The translations under genes were made by a program, and so were the position numbers. From an uncultured delta proteobacterium (GTDB lineage Bacteria > Desulfobacterota > Syntrophorhabdia > Syntrophorhabdales > WCHB1-27), in contig CAVTDX010000076.1 in assembly GCA_963733345.1 (NCBI GenBank), forward strand, positions 13,753 to 77,752: DNA of 64,000 nt, given 5' to 3'. Positions within the stretch are counted from its first letter, which is position 1, and every line of letters starts with the position of its first letter. Shown here in pieces: positions 43,690 to 51,317 of this stretch. The notes under the pieces are model-generated. The model was not told the origin of the DNA. It saw only the letters and a program-made list of their open reading frames with translations, and did not search any database.

Positions 43690-44691
43690 ATGGCCCGGCA
43701 CTCCCGCCTTGACGCGGCAGGCATCCTTCATCACGTTATTGTTCGGGGCATCGAACGGAGGAGAATATTTTCAGACGACTCCGACCGGGATGATTTTCTT
43801 AATCGCTGTGGAGGGATCTTTCCTGAAACGAAAACCGCCTGTTATGCCTTCGCGCTCTTGCCTAATCACGCGCACTTGCTCCTGCGCACGGGCGCCGCGC
43901 CTCTTTCGACTGTCATGTCCCGTTTGCTGACCGGCTATGCGGTCTATTTCAATAGGCGATGCCGAAGGCACGGGCAGCTATTTCAGAACCGCTATAAGTC
44001 CATTGTGTGTCAGGAAGATGCATACCTCAAGGAGCTCGTTCGGTACATTCATCTTAATCCTCTTCGAGCCGGGCTCGTGAAGGACTTGGAGGCATTGGCA
44101 ATTTTCCCCTATAGCGGCCATGCGATGCTCATGGGGAAGACAAGATACGCCTGGCAAGACGACGAGTCAATCCTCGCCTTGTTCGCCGCCAAGGACGCGA
44201 GGGCGGCTTATCTCGATTTCGTAAGAGCTGGTCTTGCACAAGGGCGAAGGCCGGATCTGTCCGGCGGCGGGCTGATGAGAACTCATGGAGGATGGACCGA
44301 GATCAGCAAATCGCCTCAACGTCTGAAAGGCGACGTGCGCGTGCTGGGCGACAGTCAATTCGTCCTTGATGTTCTTTCCCAGGCGCAGCAGGAACTCGAG
44401 CATCGTTACAGACTCAAGATCATGGGCGTTGATTTTCCCTTTGTTGAGCGCAGGGTGCTTGAACTCTGCGGTCTGGCGCCGGACGATCTCTACAGCCGGG
44501 GCAGGCAGAAGCAACGCGCGGCAGCTAAGGGGCTCCTCTGCTTTTGGGCGGTCCGTGAACTCGGCATGTCCCAGACCGAGCTTTCAGGGCGCTTGAGGAT
44601 GACCCAGCCCGGGATAGCGTCTGCCGTTGCACGAGGCCAAAGACTTGCGAAGGAAAAGGGGTATCTGCTTTTCGCAGCCGCTCCACGATAG
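43690..44691 (+). CDS. IS200-like/REP-associated Y1 (HUH) transposase-family protein with a DnaA domain-IV-like C-terminal HTH
   Basis: HUH motif LPNHAHLLL; catalytic-Tyr region LVRYIHLNPLRAGLV. The C-terminal RQKQRAAAKGLLCFWAVRELGMSQTELSGRL resembles Bac_DnaA_C. Confidence 0.7.
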   Translation: MARHSRLDAAGILHHVIVRGIERRRIFSDDSDRDDFLNRCGGIFPETKTACYAFALLPNHAHLLLRTGAAPLSTVMSRLLTGYAVYFNRRCRRHGQLFQNRYKSIVCQEDAYLKELVRYIHLNPLRAGLVKDLEALAIFPYSGHAMLMGKTRYAWQDDESILALFAAKDARAAYLDFVRAGLAQGRRPDLSGGGLMRTHGGWTEISKSPQRLKGDVRVLGDSQFVLDVLSQAQQELEHRYRLKIMGVDFPFVERRVLELCGLAPDDLYSRGRQKQRAAAKGLLCFWAVRELGMSQTELSGRLRMTQPGIASAVARGQRLAKEKGYLLFAAAPR

Positions 44692-44944
44692 AATGTCTCG
44701 GCCCGGCCCTCTGCCGCCCGGCATAAAATCGGCGACATATCCAATTAGGCATTACCCATTTAATTAGGTAATGGATTAGGCAACATGGCGCGTCGGTTGC
44801 GCTATCGGGCCGCTTCTGCGAGAAGGGAAGCTGAGAGTCCTGGCAACTGGCCGTGGGGCCGCTTGGCAAAAAACATGAAAATATCCCATAAACGCGATAA
44901 TAACCAATTTCTTGAGAAGGAGCTGCGCTCATGGCGGGGATGAC

Positions 44945-45262
44945 ATGGACTCTCACATAGCGGTTTTCAGAGGTAAGGAAATCAGGAAGACGATCCATAA
45001 TGATGACTGGTGGTTCGCAATTGTCGATGTGTGGGCCGTTTTGACTGAAAGCGCAGATGCGGGAGCATACTGGAGAAAGCTGAAACAAAGACTCAAGGAA
45101 GAAGGGAGCGAAGTCGTGACATTTTGTCACGGGTTGAAACTGCTTGCTCCCGACGGCAAGCTGAGAGAAACGGATTGCGCCAACACCGAAGGCATTTTTC
45201 GCATCATCCAGTCCATCCCTTCTCCCAAAGCCGAGCTTTTCAAGCGTTGGCTGGCGAAGGTC
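44945..45262 (+). pseudogene. Bro-N domain (prophage antirepressor-like) gene truncated at its 3' end
   Basis: IRKTIHNDDWWFAIVDVWAVL..EGIFRIIQSIPSPKAELFKRWLAKV fits Bro-N. Homology ends at about 45262, where CRISPR-repeat-like sequence begins. Confidence 0.55.
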
Positions 45263-45330
45263 GGAACCGGGAGGCGATCTGGGAGGCAGAGGCGGTCAAT
45301 AGTGTTCCCCGCAGGTGCGGGGATGAACCG
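45263..45330 (+). CRISPR. type I-E-like CRISPR remnant: 7-nt repeat tail, 32-nt spacer, one full 29-nt repeat
   Basis: GTGTTCCCCGCAGGTGCGGGGATGAACCG at 45302-45330. GGAACCG ends at 45269, exactly 32 nt before it. Confidence 0.6.
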
Positions 45331-45365
45331 CCCCTTTCGACTTTAGACTTTTAACTATGCCTATC

Positions 45366-45400
45366 GTCACCCAGCGCGGGGGCCTGGGAACTCATTAAAC
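45366..45400 (+). repeat. degenerate CRISPR-like palindromic repeat
   Basis: GTCACCCAGCGCGGGGGCCTGGGAACTCATTAAAC shares GTC, GCGCGGGGGC, TGG and AAAC with the I-C repeat. Lies 35 nt after the I-E repeat. Confidence 0.45.
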
Positions 45401-45439
45401 ATTAAACATTCACCATTGAGCATTGCGTCGCCTCCCCCT

Positions 45440-45778
45440 TCATTCCGTTCTTGCATGTTTGCTGCAGACGGTTGTCCAGGGAATTGTCTCAAGGCGTTCC
45501 ACCTCGATTTCTTTTCCACAGACCTCACAGACGCCGAATTCCCCGAGTTGGATCCTCGCCAGCGCCCTGCTTATGGCTTGGATCTCTTTCTGCTCTGTTT
45601 CGTCCAGTGTTGCCAGAACATCGGCGATAGCCTCCTTCTGCGCTGTGTCTTCAGCTTCGATATCGTGCTCTGACAAGATAAGCCGTGCTTCATCGTTAAG
45701 CCTATGGGCATCGAAGACTTCGTCGCGTTTTTTGAGCAATTGCTCACGAATTGTCCCCATCTGTTCCGCTCTGCTCAT
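45440..45778 (-). CDS. DksA/TraR-family C4-type zinc-finger protein
   Basis: ATG at 45778 follows AAGGAGA. Coiled-coil N-terminus, then CEVCGKEIEVERLETIPWTTVCSKH. Confidence 0.75.
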   Translation of the reverse strand: MSRAEQMGTIREQLLKKRDEVFDAHRLNDEARLILSEHDIEAEDTAQKEAIADVLATLDETEQKEIQAISRALARIQLGEFGVCEVCGKEIEVERLETIPWTTVCSKHARTE

Positions 45779-45954
45779 AAGATCTCTCCTTCGGCTCGAG
45801 CGCCTCATGGGTAAGTATCATCACCGGCTTCCACTATTGCAACAATTCCGGCTATTCCGAGCGGCAGCTTATAATCCCGCATGGGACGAGGGTGCGGCTG
45901 GGTTTCAAACCTCCCGGATGGCGCTGGCTGTGCACAGGCAGCTTGCCCCCTACC

Positions 45955-45986
45955 GTCGCCCCCCGCGCGCGGGCGTGGATTGTAGT
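45955..45986 (+). CRISPR. degenerate I-C repeat, probable original terminal repeat of the array
   Basis: GTCGCCCCCCGCGCGCGGGCGTGGATTGTAGT matches the consensus at 28 of 32 positions; the mismatches cluster at the 3' end. Confidence 0.7.
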
Positions 45987-46087
45987 TTGCCTTACGCTCC
46001 TTATAGCTTTCCTTCGACAGCTTCGACATTGGGAATTGGACTTCTATGATGCATTTGTCCTGCATGGCGGGAGAGTACCGCGACTCT

Positions 46088-46282
46088 TCAGGCGGCGAAG
46101 CTGAGGATTTCGACCTCGGCCGAGGAATCGACCCGGCCAAGGAGAATGTCGACCTTCGCCAGCACCCCGTCTTCAAGGAGGTATTCGCTGCAGTTGCTGC
46201 ACTGCCAAACGGGGAGGTTCTTGATTATGACGATAGAATTTTCCCTCACCTTGAAGGGGAGGTCGGTATTGACGTGCTTCAT
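46088..46282 (-). CDS. YgiT/MqsA-type zinc-ribbon antitoxin-like protein
   Basis: ATG at 46282 follows AGGAGG. LPVWQCSNCSEYLLED is a single CxxC knuckle; the first knuckle is absent. Confidence 0.5.
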   Translation of the reverse strand: MKHVNTDLPFKVRENSIVIIKNLPVWQCSNCSEYLLEDGVLAKVDILLGRVDSSAEVEILSFAA

Positions 46283-46552
46283 CTCTTCCTCCTTTTGAAA
46301 TCGCCGAGCCATTTGTCAGGGGCTGGTCTATATGCGGTAATGATTTTCACACAATCACTTTCCATGGCTTCCGGTACCCCGCCCCTGTTCGGTTTCGGCG
46401 AGGGAGAAGTGCTCGCTGATAAGAACCCTTTCTTTTGCCGATCCCGGTATCGTCACGAGAAAATGCTGGGCGGACTCCATAGGTATGAAGCCGAACCCTT
46501 CTGAGCTGAAACGCCTTGGTCGAGGAGTGCATGATTGCTTCAGACTCTTCAT
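46279..46552 (-). pseudogene. decayed toxin gene (DUF4258-like C-terminus) upstream of the zinc-ribbon antitoxin
   Basis: The frame ending VKIITAYRPAPDKWLGDFKRRKR overlaps the antitoxin ATG (ATGA) but is open for fewer than 60 codons. The upstream part lies in other frames. Confidence 0.35.
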
Positions 46553-46703
46553 GGTTCAAACCTCTTGGGGATTGGCAGGACGTTTTCTTTATAATTGCTC
46601 TTTGCGAGGGAAAAGTAAAGTCAAAACCAACGCCTTCGGCCGCCGGACAGCTCACATCTAAACCCATTTGCCGACTTTGCCCGCAATATTTGGTGAATAA
46701 CGC

Positions 46704-47525
46704 CTACCGCTTAACCCTTTTCCTTATTGCAGCGAGACCCATGAGGCCGGGGCCGAATAGAAGGAGAGCGCCGGGAATAGGAACAGGCGTATAGTCATAG
46801 GTAATAGTGCCCGCCAATGCCACAGAGCCGTTTGCACCCCCGCCGGGAGCATAGCCCTCCCAGCCGGTATAGGTCGAGGTCGTCACAAAAAGCGGAGTGG
46901 TCCCGGAGCCTGTCAACTCACTCAGGAGGGCCGGGTCGGCGTAGGTTAATTGGCCGGAGGAAGCCGTGGTTGTGTAGGTCGGTGTGGATGCCGACCTGCT
47001 GCTGCCTAACGTGCCCAAGTCATAGTAGATATTGGGACCCGAACCCCCAGGAACAGTATTATTGCTATATGTCCAGCCGGTTGGAGGGCTGACGGAGAAT
47101 ACTGGATTATATGCGGTCGAAATCTGTGGCCCGCCGGTGATGCGGTTATTGCTGTCCGAGACGGTCAATGAAAAAGAGGACTGGTTAAGAGGGCTGCTTG
47201 CACCCAGGTCAGAATAGTCGGTATACTGAAATATTGTAACCCTGGCCGTTTGGCCCGCATTCCCGGTAACGGTATAGTAGTTGCTTATTGTCGCCGTCAA
47301 ATCGAGCGTTACCCCGGTCAAAGCGCCGAGCGATGGATTGAAGTCCGTAAAATTGAGAGAAACGTTCGACAAATCCACCGGCGTGCTGGCAATGATAGCG
47401 TTGTACGATATGGTATCGGCCAGGACCGGCCTTGCCTGCATAGCCCCTATTATCACCGATAAGACCGACAAAAATGCAACGAATGACAATTTATTCGTCA
47501 AGACCGGTTTCCTGAGAATTCGCAT
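46704..47525 (-). CDS. secreted PEP-CTERM-anchored protein
   Basis: Signal peptide (start MRILRKPVL..). C-terminal VPIPGALLLFGPGLMGLAAIRKRVKR sorting signal. Confidence 0.75.
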   Translation of the reverse strand: MRILRKPVLTNKLSFVAFLSVLSVIIGAMQARPVLADTISYNAIIASTPVDLSNVSLNFTDFNPSLGALTGVTLDLTATISNYYTVTGNAGQTARVTIFQYTDYSDLGASSPLNQSSFSLTVSDSNNRITGGPQISTAYNPVFSVSPPTGWTYSNNTVPGGSGPNIYYDLGTLGSSRSASTPTYTTTASSGQLTYADPALLSELTGSGTTPLFVTTSTYTGWEGYAPGGGANGSVALAGTITYDYTPVPIPGALLLFGPGLMGLAAIRKRVKR

Positions 47526-47774
47526 TTTGTTGCCTCCTGAATCTGGTATGTCTGGTCCTTGACAGGCATTCTTCCTACCCGGCTCAGAACTTGTACCGGA
47601 CACGTTCACCCTCAGTCAGAGGCACACCAGTCTACAACGGCGGCCTTCCATAGGCAGGATAGAGCGTCGTTATGTTCAAGTGCCTACGCCAATGGTTATA
47701 TACCTCGATATACAACGTAAGTCAAGTATTTTCGTTCATGCCTGTATTTTCGCGGGTCTCAACATTCTGCCTTT

Positions 47775-47839
47775 TGTCACTCCTGGTTGTCGCCCCTCCT
47801 TGTCGCCCCTGGTTGTCGGTCCTGGTTGTCGCTTTGACA
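47775..47839 (+). repeat. five tandem 13-bp iteron-like repeats upstream of 47906
   Basis: TGTCACTCCTGGT, TGTCGCCCCTCCT, TGTCGCCCCTGGT, TGTCGGTCCTGGT, TGTCGCTTTGACA. Confidence 0.75.
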
Positions 47840-47905
47840 GCGGGCGCGGCCACCTTCATACTGTATGGATGGGGCGAAAAGACCTGGTTACGAAGGAGAT
47901 GGGTC

Positions 47906-48313
47906 ATGGCGGAGAATGCGAAAAGTGGGAAAAGTGAAAAGAACGAGCCGTTTTCTCTCAGCGCGAAACAGGAGCGCGCAATCGTGGCCGTTCTCCAAAG
48001 CCGGTCGGTAGAAGAGGCGTGCAGGAACGCCCGCGTCAGCAAAACGCTCTATTACCGGTGGCTCAGGGAGGAGCCCGGTTTTGGCGCCGCCCTCAAGAGT
48101 CGCCGCGACGCGGCCGGCAAGGAGGCCCTTGCCCGTCTCAATAACGGGCTGAACATCGCCGTCGACGTGCTTGTCAAGCTTCTGGCTTCGGAGAACGAGT
48201 GGGTCCGTCGCGTCGCCGCAAACGACGTCATCTGCCGCTCTCTCAAGGCCAGGGAGTTGGTGGAGTTGGAAGAGAGGCTCCAGCGCCTGGAAGTCGCCGT
48301 GCTGCGGCGTTGA
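47906..48313 (+). CDS. small HTH protein of mobile-element type, function unknown
   Basis: ATG at 47906 follows GAAGGAGA. LSAKQERAIVAVLQSRSVEEACRNARVSKTLYYRWL HTH plus a coiled-coil tail. Paralog of 23604..23879. Confidence 0.6.
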   Translation: MAENAKSGKSEKNEPFSLSAKQERAIVAVLQSRSVEEACRNARVSKTLYYRWLREEPGFGAALKSRRDAAGKEALARLNNGLNIAVDVLVKLLASENEWVRRVAANDVICRSLKARELVELEERLQRLEVAVLRR

Positions 48314-48404
48314 ACGGAGGAGAATATTTTCAGAAGACCGTGAATCGATGTCCGTTGATTTCGGCAGGATAATATGATCGAGTGAAAGAACAAAGCCGGC
48401 TAAA

Positions 48405-48557
48405 CCCCGCAGCACGATGGCAACTAAGACATTTTGCGCCCAGATGGCTATCTCCTGCGCCGACATGGCCCTTCAGCTTCACGGCGGGTACGGCTATCTT
48501 GCCGAGTATAAGGTGCAAAGGCTCTACCGGGATGCGAAGATTACCGGAATTTACGAT
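48405..48557 (+). pseudogene. C-terminal fragment of an acyl-CoA dehydrogenase gene
   Basis: AQMAISCADMALQLHGGYGYLAEYKVQRLYRDAKITGIYD matches the conserved ACAD C-terminus. Truncated on both sides. Confidence 0.6.
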
Positions 48558-48681
48558 CTTTTCCCCTCCCTTTCACTTTCGACTTTTAGCTTTTAACTCG
48601 TCTCTCTCCCCCCACCCCCCGCATACCCGTGCCATTCCGTGCACTTCCGTAAACCCCGGGCCGTACGCCGACTCTCTTTTG

Positions 48682-48710
48682 TTGACATTTCCGCTGCCAG
48701 CCGCTAATAT
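48682..48710 (+). promoter_or_regulatory. sigma70-like promoter of the ftsB-like operon
   Basis: TTGACA (48682-48687), 17-nt spacer, TAATAT (48705-48710). The ATG is 6 nt downstream. Confidence 0.55.
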
Positions 48711-48716
48711 TACTAT

Positions 48717-48995
48717 ATGCTGGGGGATGGGGCGAGGAAGTTCTGGTTGCTGGCTCTGCTCATGGCTCTGCTGTTTGTGGTTTGCTTTTCTGAAAACGGC
48801 CTCCTGGAATACGTAAAGCTCAAGAAGAGCATTTACGCGGTGAGTGCCTCCATAAATGCCCTCGGGAGGGAGAATGTCGCGCTAAAGGGCCAGATATACC
48901 GTCTCCAGCACGACGACCGCTATCTTGAGGACATGGCGCGCGAAAAATTCGGCTTCATCAGAGAAGGCGAGAAGGTATACAGGATTGAAAAATGA
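48717..48995 (+). CDS. septum formation initiator (FtsB/DivIC family)
   Basis: One TM segment, then a coiled coil and YLEDMAREKFGFIREGEKVY, typical of FtsB/DivIC. Confidence 0.7.
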   Translation: MLGDGARKFWLLALLMALLFVVCFSENGLLEYVKLKKSIYAVSASINALGRENVALKGQIYRLQHDDRYLEDMAREKFGFIREGEKVYRIEK

Positions 48996-49867
48996 AGTAC
49001 GAAGGAATGATCTACCGGCCTCCGAGCGAGGCTTACAGCCTTATCCTCCAGGTCGCTATCGGCTGCTCGCACAATAAGTGCGCCTTCTGCGGCTCCTTCA
49101 AGGACAAGAAGTTCAGGGTCAAGAGCCTGGATGAGATCCGGGAGGACGTGGAAGAAGCGAAGGCCTACGAGCGCTATGTAAAAAAGGTTTTTTTGGCCGA
49201 CGGCGACGCCCTGATCCTGCCCCAGAAGCGGCTCATGCCCATCATGGAATTGATAAAGGAGAGCTTCCCCAGGCTGGAGCGCATCGGTGTGTACGGGAAC
49301 ACGAAATCGATCCTCAAAAAATCTGTGGACGAGCTGAAGGCCCTTAAGGAGATGGGCCTCGGGATTATCTATCTCGGCGTAGAGTCGGGCGACCAGGTCA
49401 CCCTGGACAGGATGTGCAAGGGCACGACCCTCGACAAGACGGCCGAGGCGGCCGCCAGGGTAAAAGAGGCGGGGATCGTCCTTTCAGTGACTGTCCTTTT
49501 GGGTCTCGGCGGCGTTGAGAGGAGCGAGATACACGCCGAGGAAACGGGCAAGTTCTTAAGCAGGATCGATCCCGAGTACGTAGGCGCCCTGAGCCTCATC
49601 GTCGTCCCCGGGACGCCGCTGGCCGAAGAGGTGGAGAAAGGGACGTTCGTCGTCCCCGACCCTTATCAGATGTTGAGAGAGCTTGCGATCATGATCGAGA
49701 ACACGAATGTCACCCACACTTTTTTCGCTTCCAACCACGCCTCGAACTATCTCCCCATAAAGGTCTGGCTCCCGGAAGATAAGACCAGGGCGCTCCGGGC
49801 GATCATGCACGTGCTCAACCAGAAGGACCCCTCGATGCTGAGGCCCGAATATTCGAGGGCGTTGTAA
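48992..49867 (+). CDS. radical SAM protein
   Basis: Cys cluster GCSHNKCAFC (CX4CX2C spacing as read). ATGA coupling to the upstream gene. Confidence 0.8.
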   Translation: MKYEGMIYRPPSEAYSLILQVAIGCSHNKCAFCGSFKDKKFRVKSLDEIREDVEEAKAYERYVKKVFLADGDALILPQKRLMPIMELIKESFPRLERIGVYGNTKSILKKSVDELKALKEMGLGIIYLGVESGDQVTLDRMCKGTTLDKTAEAAARVKEAGIVLSVTVLLGLGGVERSEIHAEETGKFLSRIDPEYVGALSLIVVPGTPLAEEVEKGTFVVPDPYQMLRELAIMIENTNVTHTFFASNHASNYLPIKVWLPEDKTRALRAIMHVLNQKDPSMLRPEYSRAL

Positions 49868-50271
49868 TGGACTATGTGGACGTGCCGTTGCGGGTCCGTT
49901 ACGCCGACACGGACATGATGGGCATCGTCTACTATGGCGTCTACCCCGTCTACCTCGAAGTGGGCAGGAGCGAGTACATGCGGGAAAAGGGCTTTCCTTA
50001 CCGGGAGTTCGAAAAGATGGGCTACAGCCTCATCGTTTCGGAAATGGCGATAAAGTACCACAATCCCGCGGTCTATGACGATCTGCTCGTGGTCCGGACA
50101 AGCATTGCCGATATCCAGTCCAGGGGCCTTGCCTTCGCCTACGAGATACTGAAGGGCGGGCTCACCGTGGTCCTGGGGAAAACGAAGCACATCTGCGTGA
50201 ATGCCGCGAGGAAACCGACCAGGCTGCCCGCGCCACTCGTCCAAATGCTCAAAAATGACGGCGCTCCGTAG
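49867..50271 (+). CDS. YbgC/4HBT-family acyl-CoA thioesterase
   Basis: VRYADTDMMGIVYYGVYPVYLEVGRSEYMRE hotdog-fold motif. Confidence 0.85.
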   Translation: MDYVDVPLRVRYADTDMMGIVYYGVYPVYLEVGRSEYMREKGFPYREFEKMGYSLIVSEMAIKYHNPAVYDDLLVVRTSIADIQSRGLAFAYEILKGGLTVVLGKTKHICVNAARKPTRLPAPLVQMLKNDGAP

Positions 50272-51317
50272 CATCCTTGTAATAAGACTGAGCCTCGCTG
50301 GGAGACGTGCTTCTGACCATGCCTGCCGTACAGGCGATCAAGGCGGCTCAGCCCGCCGTAGCCGTCACGTGGCTCGTAGAAGGCGCCCCGATGGAGTTGC
50401 TCGCCTATCAGCCTTTTGTCGACCGGGTCATAGAGTTTCCGCGCCGGCGCATCGCGGACAACCTGCGGGCAGGACGCATCGGCGGCGCGGCAGCAGCCTT
50501 ATGGGTGTTCCGCTCGGTCCTGCGCCGGGACGCCTATGACGCTGTCCTAGACTTCCACGGCATCATCAAGAGCGCGCTCCTCGCATGGGCCGCGAGAACC
50601 TGCCAAAGGATCGGCTTCGACAAGGCGCCGGCGAAGGAAGGAAGCTGGTTTTTCTACCGGGAGAAAATATCGCCGCCTGATAAGCGCATGCACAAGGCGG
50701 ACAGGAATATGCTCCTCGCCTCGCGCCTGGGTCGCCTTGGCGCGCCGGCCCTTGGTCTTGCAGTACCCCCGGCCGCCTCGGCCTACATCGACGCTTTCCT
50801 CGCCGCACGTCAGGCCGCCTCGCCGATCTTTGCGGTGAACCCCTTCTGCAGCAGGGGGAGCGAGTTCAAAAGGTGGGACCTCGCCCGCTACGGCGAGCTT
50901 ATCAGGCGGGTGGGCGACGACACAGGCGCGACCATGATGGTCCTGTGGGGGCCCGGAGAAGAGGAAGAAGCGCGCCGCCTTGCGGAGCTCGCGGGCAGCC
51001 GCGCCGTGGTTGCCTGCCCCACCACGGTGTCGCAGCTCCTCGCCCTCCTCAAGAGGACGGACCTCTACATAGGGGGCGATACGGGGGTGATGCACCTGGC
51101 CGCCCTTGCGGGCGTCCCCGTAGTCGCCATATTCGGGCCTACGGACCATCTCGTCAACGGCCCTTATGGCGGCGGCCACACGGTGGTGAGAAAAGAGCTG
51201 CCGTGCAGCCCATGCCGCGACAAGACGTGCAAGGGCCGGGAATGCCTCCGCTCAGTCACAGTGGACGACGTCTACGGGGCGGTGCTAGCCGCCTGGCCGG
51301 CGGCGGGAGGCCGTTGA
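50255..51317 (+). CDS. glycosyltransferase family 9 (heptosyltransferase), frameshifted as assembled near 50291-50297
   Basis: MTALRSILVIRLS in one frame; SLGDVLLTMPAVQAIK and the rest in the next. GDTGVMHLAA motif. Confidence 0.8.

Noticed and set aside
45120-45145. GGGTTGAAAC inside the Bro-N fragment as the missing 3' half of the truncated I-C repeat.
   Set aside because: Only about 8 nt match, and the sequence encodes a conserved part of the Bro-N domain (CHGLKLLAPDG). Coincidence is more likely.
45241-45269. A full second I-E repeat upstream of the 32-nt unit.
   Set aside because: Only the last 6-7 nt match convincingly (13/29 overall). The rest encodes the conserved FKRWLAKV of Bro-N. 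I keep only the clipped 7-nt tail.
45805-46504. ORFs 45805..46176 (-) and 46046..46504 (+) as genes next to the dksA-like gene.
   Set aside because: The first reads through the degenerate CRISPR repeat (NPRPRAGGD again). The second is antisense to the zinc-ribbon antitoxin. Neither has an RBS or motifs.
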